The notes beneath the pieces are model-generated. The model searched no databases, had not been told where the DNA came from, and saw only the letters and a list, made by a program, of their open reading frames with translations. The position numbers and the translations under genes were made by a program. Shown here one piece after another: positions 13,169 through 27,330 of a DNA stretch of 64,000 nt. Source of the DNA: the human T2T-CHM13v2.0 reference genome, Homo sapiens; the NCBI RefSeq assembly GCF_009914755.1, contig NC_060928.1. One strand, written 5' to 3'. How positions within the stretch are numbered: the stretch's first letter is position 1; every line of letters begins with the position of its first letter.

Positions 13169-13735
13169 TCTACCACCTCACTTTAAATGGCTGCATGATG
13201 TTCCACTATAATTATATACTACAACTTATTAAAGTATTCCTTTCTTCTTAGACATTTAATTTGTATACATTTCCTACTATTAGAAACTATGGTGTGATTA
13301 AACATTCGTGTATGTGCAATAAATAAATAAAATAAAACTCCTTATCTGAGATAATCTCTCATTATGGACCCTAATTACCTTTCATTCAAAAGAGAGGCTA
13401 ACATCTCCTCCCATAGTATCTTATCATTACAGGATGGCTCATGAAAATAGCTGTTCCCTCTTAGAATACTAAGAAGACTCCAGACACATGACTCTTACTG
13501 ATTCTTCGTTAACTTTGTTACCTCTCATTTGGTGTATTTCAGTTAATCTATTAAACAGCCAGTAATATCTAATTTCCTGAGGCCCAGATGGGTTAAATGC
13601 AGTAAAATGTACATTTAATATTATGTGATTTGGCAGATGTCATTCTTTTTCTTTATTACAAAATTTTAAATCACTACCATCCCTCTGGTAAATTTAAAAA
13701 GTAAGGCCTATTGCTCATCCTAAAAGGTAGAGCTT

Positions 13736-14136
13736 GCCCACCAATGATAGACTGGATAAAGAAAATGTGGCACATATACACCATGGAATACTATGCAGCC
13801 ATAAAAAAGGATGAGTTCATGTCCTTTGCAGGGACATGGATGAAGCTGGAAGCCATCATCCTCAGCAAACTAACACAGGTACAGAAAACCAAACACCACA
13901 TGTTCCCACTCATAATTGGGAGTTGAACAATGAGAACACATGGACACAGGGAGTGGAACATCACACACTGGAGTCTGTCTGGGGGTGGGGGGCTAGGGGA
14001 GAAATAGCACTAGGAGAAATACCTAATGTAGATGACGGGTTGATGGGTGCAGCAAACCACCATGGCACGTGTATACCTATGTAACAAACCTGCACGTTCT
14101 GCATATGTATCCCAGAACTTAAAGTATAACTTTTTT
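13736..14136 (+). mobile_element. 5'-truncated L1PA (about PA7-8) 3' end
   Basis: ORF2p C-terminus (IDWIKKMWHIYTMEYYAAIKK) plus 3'UTR ending cccagaacttaaagtataa; aaaaggtag repeated on both flanks. Confidence 0.93.
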
Positions 14137-15169
14137 AAAAAGGTAGCTCTTTCCCAATTAGCTGTTTTATCTCTATCTTATTTCCTATTATCTTTTTCTG
14201 TAAATTATCAAACTTTAAGGACCATCGAAGTCTCCTGATAGATGCCTTTATGAAGTTAAAAACGGCCTCTCAAGCAAAGACTGAGTTCTAAAACCTGCCC
14301 TTTAGAGTTTCTCAAATAGAGGCCCTTCTCAGCCTGGGTCCCCTCACTTTTACAGATGGGCAAAACTGATGTAAGAAAATACATCTATTGAGTTTTCTTA
14401 TTTTAGTGACTTGTTTTTAAAGAAAAAAGAAAAGAAAAGAAAAGAAAAAGAAAAAAAGGCCATCTTGCCAGTGATCCCTTTAAGCCTTTTTAATTGCAAA
14501 AAAATTTTTTATGGTGTCACTGACCTAGCCTTAACAGAGTTCATTTCAGAAATGTGCTGAAGTGGGTACCAGCGCTGACAACTAAGGCTGAGAAATGTTT
14601 TAAGTATCACGACTCTACATTTTTCTCCTGTCTGTGAGGTTCAGGGATTCATCCTGTCTGAATCACGCCTGCCCTTTGTTTATGCATGAATAAGATATTC
14701 TAGACACTGAGGACACCGTGCAGACACTAGCCCTTCCTGGAAAAATAAGACCTAGACCTCAAATCAGGGTGAATACACGGACTGTCCCCAGTGCCAACTA
14801 ATTTCTAAATGTGAATAAAGATACATTGGTTAGCAAGCTTTCTCCAGTTCTCCTATTGCCCCCTAACCTTTAGCAAGACAAAAATGTCACATATAATGGA
14901 TCCTAAAATTAACGACACATTTTGCTTTTCAGTTGATCAGATCAGCTGAGAATGGGGTCAGTCTCTCACCTCTCCAAGATAAGAGGTTGTCACTGTTTGA
15001 GTGCATTTAACTGCACCACAGACATTAGGCCTCAGAAAATCTCTGACAACTTAGAAGCCCAGAATATAAATCAAAAATAAACCTGCAAAAAATTCAGCCC
15101 CATTCCCTAACTCCTGATAGGGCCACACCTAAAGCATCCTCTTCCTGTATTATTTAGGAAAACTTCTTT

Positions 15170-16010
15170 GCTCATCAATTCACTGAATAACTGTTTATTG
15201 GGCACCTAGTCTTTGCAAAACACTATTCTAGGCACTGGGGATCTTCTGGACACAATAGACAAAGTCCATACAGTGACAGAGCTTACATTCTAATAAAGGA
15301 GACAGGCTATCAACAAATAAGAAAAATGTATGGGAATAGTTAGTGCTATTTTGAAGACAAAACAGGATAATATCATACAGAAGGACTATACTAGCTTGGG
15401 TACTCAAGAAAGATTCTCTGAGGAGTTGACATTTAAGTTGAACGATGAATAAAATATATGGCACCCTGTAAAGATCTTGGCTAGAGGAAGAACATTCCAG
15501 GAATAGGAAATATCTAGTGCAAAGGTCCTAAGATGAAAGGGAACTTGAAGTTTTCAGGAAACCACTAGAATATGATGAAGGAGAGGAAGAGATATATAAG
15601 ATAAGGTCAGAAAAGTAGACAGAGGCCAGCTCTCATAAGGTCCTGAAGACTCAGTAGAGCGCTTCATTTTGGTCTAATTATCATGGGAGCTATAAGATTT
15701 TTACAGAGGGGGCTTTTTGATTTGATAGGATTTTTAAAACAGTACCCTCGCTGCCATGAGGGGAATGGATTGTAGGAAAGCAAAAACAAAACCAGAGAGA
15801 TCACTTTGAAGGCAACTGGTGTGGTCCAGATGAGAGACGATGAGGCTTTTACAGAGGTGGTACTTAGCAAAGGTGGGGAGAAATGAGAAGTGTAGAGACA
15901 TGTTTTGGAGACTGAATGGCAGGATTTGCGGATGGATTTGATGCAGGGGATGAGAGAGTCAAGAATGACTCTCAGGTTTTAGCCGGCTGGTAGTACATTG
16001 GACCTGTTCA
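15170..16010 (-). mobile_element. L2a LINE fragment
   Basis: tttattgggcacctag...ctaggcactgggga; gtgcaaaggtcctaag; gtcaagaatgactctcaggtttt are typical L2 antisense motifs. Confidence 0.8.
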
Positions 16011-16599
16011 CTACTTTAGCATCTGAGATTGTGACATTTCAGCCAAATGGCACCAAATGCACAATGAACTGCATTATAAATTTGAAATGCACAAGAGGAA
16101 ACTGGCATATTTTACAAACTATCACCAGAGAAATCATCACCATTCTGATTCTTTCCTTTAGAGCAAGTGTGTTACTTGAGAAAGCCTCTAAGCATGCCTG
16201 CACACTCATAGTATTCTTAACTTAAGCAGAAAGAGTGCATTTCCTCATTATGTCCTCATAGCTGGGAGGCACATGAAATGGAGAGTGGGCTGGGGATTCT
16301 GTGCTTTGTTAAAGTGAAGGGACAATCAGCATCAGGAACATTAGCCATGGCAGTACACAGGATTGCACAGCGACGTATGAAAAGAAAAATCAGTCATCAG
16401 AATTGAATTTTTAGCTGGAGCCTAAGAGGCCAGATTTAATCATCCCCCTAAAATTATCACACAAGTCAATAATTCCTCCCTTCTCCTTGCAAAGGAAAAG
16501 AAATGGATTCTTTATTTTTCAGTCAAGCAGGTGGCCTTGAGGCAGCTAACCGGCTGGCTGAAATCTAAATACCTTCGCCAAGACAAAAGTCAGTAACAT

Positions 16600-16790
16600 G
16601 ATTGATTATCTTCTCATTGGAGGAGAAGAGAACCTCCCCCAGCCAATCAGCATACAGAACTGCTATCAGATTATCAGTGAACCAAACTAGGCTTAGAGCT
16701 GATAAACGAAGGTGCCCAAATCCCAGGCGCCAATTGGCTGGGGCTTCATCTACCAGCTCAATTACACTTGATGCATTGATTTCTAACAAG
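16600..16790. promoter_or_regulatory. Candidate GATA-factor enhancer
   Basis: four WGATAR sites (16606, 16663, 16671, 16700) plus CCAAT at 16643 in unique sequence; function inferred. Confidence 0.35.
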
Positions 16791-17329
16791 GTTCAGTTAG
16801 TTTCTTAGTTGTAAAGCCCCAGCTTTCTTTTTCAGACCTCAAATAAGTATCTACACTCCTAGTCCCTCATTTTAATATATCTGCTTCAACTGGAATTTGT
16901 CTGCCCCAGAGTGAATGCTTTCCTCCAGACAGGTTGAAAGTAGAGACTTCTGAGCAGCTCAGAAGCAGCCACAGGCGATCCCTACCAAACTCACTGGTCT
17001 TTCTCCTAGGGGTGAAAAAAATACCTTGGATCCATCCCACTTCACTGGAAGTGCACAGTTCAGATTCTGTCTGACCAGTGGTTTGTTGTCTTGCACCCCA
17101 AGCACCTTGACAGCAGGAAGTAGAATGGTTCACCCAGAGTGGCCTCAAACCAGAGTTCTTTGCACAGGGAGCTCCCGGGTTAAAGTAGGACCAGACCAAA
17201 CTGAGTGTGAGGTGGCACTCTTAGACCACAGTGAGGTTCCTGCCTCTGAACTGAAGTTCTCATGTGCATCTACAATATCATCTGGTCTCAAACCCAGGAG
17301 GAATATGAAAATTGAGATTAAAAGACCCG

Positions 17330-17633
<304 letters not shown>

Positions 17634-18894
17634 TTAATAAGCAAAAAACAAAGGTTTCAAATTCCACTTGCTCTGTAATATTTACCAAGCCTATCAGTAC
17701 CTCAAATTTCTCATTGGTAAAATGGAAAGGAAGAGTCACCAAAATAAAACACTAGAGAAAGGATTGTAAAACAGTGAGATTAACTTTCTACTGAATGGAA
17801 ATCTCACCCATTGTGTCAGGGTAACTCCTCCTGAGACACCGTAGTAGAACGGTGTCCCTTATTCCTAAGAAAATCAAAGAATGCCGTTTACTTGCTGGCT
17901 ATGTTTTTTTGTTTGTTTTTCCTTATTCCTCTTGAGGATTGCTGGTGTCATGGTTTGTAATGCTTGTTACTAGCCTTGGTATTTGAGCTTAAGAAAAAAG
18001 TCCTTGTAGAAAGAAGCTGTCACAGAGGCAAAAGGAGTCAACCAACCACCCATTACCCTAAAACACTACTTTCCACAAAGCTGAGGATGAAAGTCAAGAG
18101 TCATCATGTCATGGCACAGAAATCTTTCCTCTCTCCACTCAGGAAGGTTATCTTCCTCTTAAAGACTGAACATCAGACTTGTCAAAAAATGTTCCTTATT
18201 GATCTGACAGAGACAGAATATTGAAGTTAGAGAGATATTTGCTGAACTATCTCCCTTGTCTCGGGGAAAAGCTGAAATGCTGTTGTTGACCCTGACCGTG
18301 AAGATTAGAATAGAGGTTGTGTGAAAACAGAGGTAGTGCTGAGTAGAGGCACCACCTCCAGCCTCGGAATATAAGCCTTGTGATTGATAGAGGCAGGAAC
18401 CCAAGCACTCGGTGAGGGCGATGTGGGGGTGGGGGACGCGGTTGGCAGCTTGGCTCCTCTCCACACCAACCGGATTAGTGACAACATCACAGGAGTTCAG
18501 TGGCTGCTCTGGTTCTGTTTGCATTGTTTCCTTCTATGCTGTTAGGCAGAAGCACAAATACACCTTGTGAGAAAACCTAATATCAGTGACAGGAAGGAAT
18601 GTTACTTTTAAAGGACTCCTTGCTCAGCCATGAGGCTCCATGCAGAGCCTCCTTCCAGACAGCCCTGATCCTCCTGGGCTTTTTCCCAAGGGGCAAAAAG
18701 CCACATTCTATAGACTGCACGACCTTGGGTTACTTGGTGGGCATCTGAGTATGTCTCCTTCCTCAGAGCGCTCAAAGTTCAGTTACAGTTCTATCTACAG
18801 GAAAGAAAAGGTAGAGAAAAGCCTTTCTGTGGTTTCTTTTTTTCCACATTAATGGTATCCTTTATACTCAGTGGTTTTTTGAAATGATAAAGAG

Positions 18895-18960
18895 AAGGAG
18901 GAAGGAAGGAAAGAGGGAAGGAAGGAAGGAAGGAAGGGAGGGAGGGAGGGAGGGAAGAGG
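18895..18960. repeat. (GGAA)n/(GGGA)n microsatellite
   Basis: seen directly. Confidence 0.9.
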
Positions 18961-19189
18961 ACGCTTTTAAAGTCAAGAAAGTGATCAAGAGCATGCTGAT
19001 GTGGCACTGACGCACAGCACCTGTGGGCATGGAGCAGCGAGAGCAGGGGTTGTAATCACAGAGGGGTCACGCCGCAGCACCTGGGGAGTGAGGGAGGATT
19101 CACTATCAGAATTGCCTGAGCAACTTCCCCAAAATACTATCCTCCTCCTCCTCCCCACTAAGATTCTGAGGTTGATTTACAGCGGACAG

Positions 19190-19440
19190 TGTGGAAGGAT
19201 GTCCGAATGTGTCGAGTGGAAAAGGCAATATGCAGAAGAGTACTTTCAGGAAGATCCCATTTCTGTAAATAATACTGTCATAATTATATCTTATTCGTGC
19301 ACGTCATTATAGTCCTAGAATAATGTGAAAGAATACACAGCAGATGTAAGCAGTGGTTTTCTCTAAAGGATGACATGATGATGGGCTTTCACTCTTAAAT
19401 TATACATATTGGAATCTTTCACATTATTAATCGTTATGTT
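19190..19440 (+). mobile_element. Old L1M (L1ME-like) 3' fragment
   Basis: gatcccatttctgtaaat...gaaagaatacacagcagatgtaagcagtggttttctct resembles L1ME 3'UTR. Confidence 0.45.
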
Positions 19441-20304
19441 TCTCCCCCATCTAGTCTCACCAGACCCCTTTATAGTTACCCTGGCATGAACCACAGACCA
19501 CAGAACAAGAAAAATGTTGCAAATACTCAATTTTTAAGAAAAAAAAATTTGTTTTTGCCCTAAATCTAGGGCAGGAAGATTCTGCCATACACTGACAGAG
19601 CAGAGGTTTAGGTAGAACCCCCATGTCTATAGAGAAGAAATGGAGGAGGCATATTACAGGGGCAGGAGTGGGTGACAAGGAGCAGCTATGATCCCCCACA
19701 GAAGAGAAAGTCCAGCAGGCCCCAGGGAGCTGCAGCAAGCTGAGAGGGGCTGAGGTGTTGCCGCTTTGCCCCAAGGTGAGGACCACCCATCACCAAGGGT
19801 TGTTGTCACCCGGTGGTGTCCCCTGTGGAGTGGCACTGATCTGCTTCCCCAAGTCTACCCAGCACAGCCCTGTGCCTGCCTCCCAACCACCCTCCAGTGG
19901 AAAACTCCCAGTCTCCAGTCCAGCAACACCAGACACTCATGAGCTGCCACCTTGGCCCTAATCAGGTGAGACACAAGCACTAGAGAGTGACTTCAGGGTG
20001 AAATCGAGCCTTGCGCTGGGCCAGGATGGGAACAAAGGGAACAAGTTTGGAGCAGCTGAGCAGGACGGCGGTGGGACACATTGCCTTTGATGTATGCACA
20101 TTTTAGAATGCGTCATGTGTTGCTGCATGCATGTGCTGTTTTTGTGATGAAAAACCTGATTTGAGGGAACCCAATTTGACTCAACATTCACTATTTATCA
20201 AGTATAACCTCCACATTGACTCTTAAGACCTCCCCTCCCTCAACTTTCTGTCAGACCAAGTCAGCGTCTAATTAATCTCTGAGGACACCTTTCCATCTTC
20301 TATA

Positions 20305-21595
20305 GGCACACAGGCACCACACACCACACACATCCTCTACTCACACAACACACACACACCACACTATACTCCCATACAGTGCACACACATACCCACCACA
20401 CACATACCACACGATACACTACACACCACACACACAGCACAGCACACATACACCACACACACACCCCACACACACCACACAATACGCTACACACCACACA
20501 CAGAGCACAGCACACATACACCACACACACACCACACACACCACACGATACACTACACACCACACACACAGCACAGCACACGTACACCACAAATACACCC
20601 CACACACACCACACGATACACTACACACCACACACACAGCACAGCACAATACACCACACACCCCACACACACCACACGATACACTACACACCACACACAG
20701 AGCACAGCACACATACACCACAAATACACCCCACACACACCACACGATACACTACACACCACACACACAGCACAGCATACACCACACACATTACCACACA
20801 ATACACTACACACCACACACACACCACACACATTGCCACACAATACACTACACACCACACACACAGCACAGCATGCATACACCACACACCCCACACACAC
20901 CACACGATACACTACTACACACCATACACACAGCACAGCATACATACACCACACACCACACAATACACACCACACACACAGCACAGCATGCATACACCAC
21001 ACACACACCACACAATACACACCACACACACAGCACAGCATACATACACCACACACATATACCCACATACTACATTGCACACCATCTATCCTCCACACAA
21101 CACACTGTACATCACACAACATGTACACAAACACACACACACCACACTATATTCCACACACCACACACATCACACACTATACACTACACACCACACACAC
21201 TATACACCACACCCGCATACACACTATACTCCATATACCATACACACCACACACACACTCCGACACAGTATCACCATACACCATGCACACACATACACAC
21301 ACACCACACACCACACTATACTTCACACAACATGCACACACACACACACACCCCAACACACCACACATACCGTACTATACTCTATACACCACATGCACAC
21401 CACACACAATATATTCCACACAATGCACATAAACCACACACCATGCAACACACACACCACACACACCACAGTATACACGACACACCACACACAGACCACA
21501 CTATACACCCCCCCACACACACACCACTCGACACCACACATCACACTGTATACTCCACACACTGTGCACACACACACTATATACCCACCACACAC
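20305..21595. repeat. 1.3-kb CA-rich low-complexity array with a ~60-70 bp higher-order unit
   Basis: recurring acacgatacactacacaccacacacacagcacagca at ~20409, 20543, 20612, 20673, 20742, 20902; decays to unordered CA/CAC after ~21050. Confidence 0.95.
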
Positions 21596-22849
21596 GTGCC
21601 CGCCCCATGCAGCCCCTTCTCCTTTCCAGTTGCACTCCCAAGGCCTCTGCCTGGAATGCCACCCTCGGCCTCTCATTCTTTAGCTATTAAGTGAAGCTGA
21701 CTGAATTTCCCTTTGACTTTAGACACAACCGCCTCGGGTTGCAGTCACTTGCCTGTCATTATCTGCCCTCATACAACTTGCATAGGGAACGTCTCCACAG
21801 CATGGTTAGTTCCACTGCACAATCACAGCACACAATTTGCCACTGTCCCTAATCTCTGACACAGCATCCGAAATTAACTGCTCTCCTACTACAGATGACC
21901 ACTCACTAATCCTCCCAGGATCTGCAGCACTGTTTCCAGAAAGTACGTTTTCAAGCTGGAAAGGGTTTTTCCATCCTTCTTGACAGTAGTTGTAATAAGA
22001 ATCCATTATCATATTAGCAGAGAATGGCGATGCTAAGAAGTGACATTTGCACAAAATTTGATAGTTGACAGAGATCTTGTCCCATTTGGTGTTCACTCAT
22101 AGAATGTCATTCAGTCCTCAAAAAACGGGACATTAGAATGAGACTCTTTCACCTCCATTTCTACTGATGAGCCCAAAACAATTAATGATATAAAAGTGAT
22201 TGGGACAGACCTCCCTTATACAGATTTACAGAGATAACCCCCCAATCCCTTCCACAATTCTTGGTATCTGCATTTGGATAAGGATAGGAAAAGAGGGCAG
22301 AGAGAAGAGAGAATTTTGGTGAGTTTTGGTGAGACTCTTATCATTGGAGAGAGCTATGCTGCTATAAGTCTTGTCAGTACCCAGAAAACCTCCCTGGGGA
22401 GTAGGGTGGTGTGGTCCCCCAGACCAGTAAGGGGACTTCAGGAGACCACATTGAAAAGTGTTTCCTGCAACATGCTGACCAGAGCAAATAACTCATAAGA
22501 AAAAGTGGCTGAAATGTGGAAACCCAGAGGATCTACACTGTATTCCATTTGCTTCATGAGTCTGACAGCCAGCAGGGGTTCTAACGCAGAGTCTGGCTGG
22601 GAAAGGAGCTGGAGTCCAGTTCTGGATCCCTGCTCACTGGGTCTGTGGCCTCAGCAGCTGTGGAGAAGGCAGAGGCTCGATTGCCTCCCACTTGTTGAGA
22701 GGCAAATGGTACACCCTTGACCTGTGGTTTTCACGTCACTGAATTGGGATGCAGCCCAAGAAGACAGAACCATCCCTGTTTTAAGACCAGAGACCATGAT
22801 TTATCTCATCTTAAGGGAAAGAAAATGACCTCTATCTCCTTGCCCAAAG

Positions 22850-23110
22850 GAAAAGGGAAAGGAGGGAAGAGGAAGGAACAGGAGGGGAGGGGAGAGAGGA
22901 GGGGAGTGGGGAAGGGAAATAGGAGGGGAGAGGGGAGGGGAGAGGGGAGGAGAGAGGAGGGGAGGGGAGGGAAGTGGAGAGAGGAGGGGAGGGAGGAGAG
23001 AGGAGAGAAGGGGAGAAGGAGGAGGGGATGGGAGAGGAAGGGAAGGGATGGGAGGGGAGGGAAGGGAAGGGGAGAGAGAGGGTGAGGGGAGAGGGGAGGG
23101 GAGGGGGAGG
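22850..23110. repeat. Polypurine (GGA/GGGA) tract
   Basis: about 260 bp almost entirely G/A with many G3-5 runs. Confidence 0.92.
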
Positions 23111-24095
23111 CATTGCAGGTGAGAAGTCATTTGAAGTATCAAAAAGAAACTGATATCCTAGAATAATGCATCTGCTTCCTGTATTATTCTATTTCTGAGA
23201 ATGAAGAAACACTTCTCTCACCTAAGAGTCACTGCTCTGTTTATGTTAGAGTCTAAATATGAGTGTGTGCCTCATCGTACACTGTCATCCCTTTTGCAAA
23301 TGGCCACATGAGCCTGGACTAAATATGGGATGACTATTTAACATTATGGAAACTAGAAAAACACCACCAAACTCTGGAAAAGGAGAATATTTACAAAGTA
23401 AATGCCTCCTACTTGTGATAAACACAGTAATAAAAAAGCTATTAAAAATTATTGCACCACATTCTACTTTGAGAATCTTGGTTTGATTTCTTTGAAAAGC
23501 AGCAGAATTTGTCCCCATTTGAGGAATGAGGATGTGGTAGTTTTTATCCTTTTTTTTTTTTTTTTTTTTTTTGAAATTGTAAGGTTTCAAGGATTCTAGA
23601 TAAATCTCTGCCTCTGGAAGGGTCAATCTGAAATAACCAGATTTCAGATTGTGACACCTACAAAATATGGAAATGAACATATTATCTCTGTGCCAGGCCC
23701 ACAGCCAGGCCTGCATGCCACTCACTCATCCTGCAAGTAGTTGGAGAGCCCACTCTGTACCAGACACCATGCCAAGTGCTGGGCATACAAGAGTGAAAAA
23801 GACACACAAGCCACCTGCTCTCCTAGTGCAGTTCCAAGAAATCAGTTTGGAGAAATGGCTGTGAACCCCTAACAGTTGAAATTTCAAAGGAATTGTAACT
23901 CAGCATCAAATTAAGTTTTAGGTGTTTTGCTTTTGTTTTGTTTTTTTTCTCTAATCTCACATTTTGCACATCATAAATAATCATCATGTAAAGAGTTCAC
24001 CAGTAAAGCACCAAAAGGTGCATCGTAGTCAAAAAACGTCAGCCCTTTTTGCTGCATGGCACTGCTAAGAAAAGGATCACTATTAAGAATAAATT

Positions 24096-24437
<342 letters not shown>

Positions 24438-25134
24438 CTAATTATATCATTTAGCAATTTTTTTTATGTTCTTTGATTTCCACTTCCCAGGTAACAGGGA
24501 AGGCTGTAGGAAGGGAAGAGTCAGGGGCAACAAACAAATGGATTTCTGTCCCACTGACATTTTATTCACTCAACATTTTGCTCCGTATTTAATAGGTAGA
24601 TACATTTTAAGTGAAAGAAATTAGTCTCTGTTTTCCCCTTAACTTCTCTTCGAAAATGAATGAGATTTTTTGTAAACCTGTCTCTCTAATCTGCAGATTC
24701 TGTTTCAGTGGATCAATGAGAAAACATTTTGACAAGTCAAATGTTCATTTTTTAGGGGAAAAATAGCCCTCTCTATCTAGGCTGCCAAGACTGTGGCTTA
24801 TGTGTTCTTAGGCCCTCAAGCTATCAATCTGCATTTCACTGCAGGCATTGCCCAGATGTCTTGGTCAGTGCACATTAAAGGCTTAGTTGCTGGCTTCTTA
24901 GGAAAGAGATTTAACATTAGCACATGTTCGATGTAAAGGAACATCCTTCTCCATTGAAAGAGAAATTTTATTTCTCTGGGAGAAAAAATTACAACGTGTA
25001 GTCACTAGGATGCATTATGAACCTGTTATTGCGTGTGGGATTTATGATCAAGGTCTCTTCTCTTCCGCAAGGATTCTTCAGCTAAGGGCGGAATTACAGA
25101 TTTCAGCGCCCACAAAAATGTTTCACAGACCTTT

Positions 25135-25152
25135 GGCCCCATCTAGTGGCCA
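25135..25152 (-). promoter_or_regulatory. CTCF-like motif
   Basis: minus strand TGGCCACTAGATGGGGCC versus core CCACTAGATGGCGC; binding not shown. Confidence 0.4.
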
Positions 25153-25714
25153 TATCCTGTCAGGTCTCCCAAGCTTTTTCCTCTTAGAATTTGAAGAGAA
25201 TGAGAGGCTCTGGCGGTGAAAGCTGAAGAGTTCATACTTTATACAGGCTTGACAGAAGACTACAGTTGGCCAGCAGAACTGTTGTGCCTCAGACCGGTGC
25301 TGGGCATATGACATTTCCTCATAGATTTCAGAGAGAGAGCTGCAATCGGATTCTGTGGCATTTAGAAAGGAGCTATTTTCAAACAAATCTGCAAAGTGCT
25401 AAGCTGTCTCTGCTTAGTCATTGGCTTGAAGCATACTCTGAAATGCACAAATTGCCTGTGTGTGTGTACACATGCAGGCACATGTGTGTGCATGCGTGTG
25501 TAGGTGTGCATGTGCGTGGAGGGCGTTGTAGTATGAAAATGTGCAGGGTTTGTGTGAACTCTGCAGTGCCAACTGGCATCAGGAAGGGACATATGGAAAA
25601 TCACATTCCACATGGCCTCTAAATTTAGCTAAGCTGTCAATATCCTACACTAGCGGGGCCTTCTTTCTCCATGCTCTGGTTTAAAGGCTTAAAAACGGAA
25701 GCCAAGTTTAGCCC

Positions 25715-25880
25715 ATTTGAAAGCTCAGGCGGTTAATGGTGCTGTCCGGAGGGACGTCAAACAGCAGCTTACACTATCCGCGGCGTGCAATCAAGATCCC
25801 ACCCGCCTCACAGAAGCAGCGGCTCGGAGTCAGTCCCCTCTCTCTCTTCCACCCTACACCTGCCAACAGGCACGGAAACA
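25715..25880. promoter_or_regulatory. Small CpG-retaining unique segment, candidate promoter/enhancer
   Basis: about a dozen CpGs in ~170 bp outside any repeat; CRE-like GGACGTCA near 25752. Confidence 0.35.
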
Positions 25881-26364
25881 AAGTGGTCAGAGGCAAGGGG
25901 GATCTGGGCCTTAAAGTTCCCTCTTTTGTTCTGCTAAGAGTAAAGGTCAACAGAAGTTAGGCATAGATGGAAATCCAGATTCCCTTAGACCCAGCAATTC
26001 TGTCTTCATGGAGGGAGGAAGTGCTGGAGATCGGGCTTCGGCAGCACTATGACAATGGCTATGAACATCTGTCTTAAGATGCTCTCAAGAGCAGACGAGT
26101 GGCCGAGGGGGGTCACAAGTTGACGTGGAGAACTCCTCCACTCACTTCAACCCTAGCGGATCATAAATCTAGTCATCATTGCTCTACTTTTCCCCTGCCC
26201 TATTTATTCTTATTGCCCTATTTTTTAAATTATTTTAAAATTATTTTTACATATCAGTAGGGAATTTAAAAGTAAAATGTGGGTAGGACAGAAATTCACT
26301 TTTTTGATTCCCTAGTCTGTTTAATCCCCAAGCAGAATGTATGCCTTACCCTCAAAAAGATATG

Positions 26365-26505
26365 TTTCCTCATTAACCCCCTTCCTGTAAAATAGGGCTA
26401 TTAATAGTATCTACCCCATTGGGCTACTGTGAGAATTAAATGTGTTAATACATGTAAAACACATATAACAGTGCCTAAGCTCTCACTCAATAAATGTCAG
26501 CTATA
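26365..26505 (+). mobile_element. MIR
   Basis: ctgtaaaatagggctattaatagtatctacc...gtgagaattaaatgtgttaatacatgtaaa. Confidence 0.75.
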
Positions 26506-27059
26506 GGTACTAAAATAATTCTAGCAAGTCAAATGAGCAGAGACAGAAACTAGATTATTTGCTCTTCAAAAATTCTTTTTACAGGTTTCATGACTATGTT
26601 TGCTTTCAAGAAATGCAGGTCTCCCTTCCAAGACCTGTAACTCTTTAAGGAGGAGATGACATTAAGAGATCCTCCATGGGACTCTACAGCCACCAAATTC
26701 CATCCACAACTCAGGAGACAAAGAGAATTTGAATGGGAAGATGTGGACTCTTACTGCCAACAGGCGCCTGGGGATGCCTCCTTGATGATCACACTAAAAG
26801 TCCTCCAGGACCCTTCAGAGAAGAGGCCCTCACTGTCAGCAGCTGTGATCACCTGTACTGGAACCTCTGAAAACCCTCAGGAGGCATTATAGATGTATGC
26901 TTCAAGTTTGGGGGCAGTCTTGGAATTTTAATTCTATGAAACTATCTGAACAGTCCACTCAGGAGAATGATTGACATACCACGGGTGGGAAAAAATTGCT
27001 TTATTATTCATCCTTACTGGGAAGATAAGTAATTTCAGCCTGACAAAACAAAAATGAGA

Positions 27060-27330
27060 AGAGGCAGAGAGAGTAAGCAAGTGAGATACAGAGACAGAAA
27101 AGCAGGTGAATGTATAGAGAGATGATAGATAGATACATAGAGGATAGATAGAAACAGAGACAGGTAAGTAGATAGGTAATTGGTAGATAGATATAGATAC
27201 ATACACAGATACGTGGATAGTTAGATACATAGATTATGATACATGCAAATACGCATGCCTAAATACATACAAATAGATACACAAATAATGACACATACAT
27301 AGATGCAGACATACTTACATACATAGATAA
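27060..27330. repeat. Degenerate (GATA)n/(TACA)n simple repeat
   Basis: seen directly. Confidence 0.8.

Noticed and set aside
17835-17856. Perfect hairpin GACACCGT-agtaga-ACGGTGTC
   Set aside because: An 8-bp stem is expected occasionally in 64 kb; too short for a pre-miRNA and no supporting context.
17964-18524. Opposing ORFs (86 and 121 aa) with a good + strand acceptor near 18142
   Set aside because: No recognisable protein similarity, in-frame stops soon after the acceptor and no partner exons.
20379-21683. 434-aa His/Thr-rich ORF and overlapping Cys/Val-rich antisense ORFs
   Set aside because: Product of the CA-rich repeat, which rarely contains stop codons; no domain or gene structure.
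26021-26050. gcttcggcagcac, 13-nt match to the U6 snRNA 5' end
   Set aside because: Similarity does not continue into the rest of U6; no tail or TSD, so probably chance.
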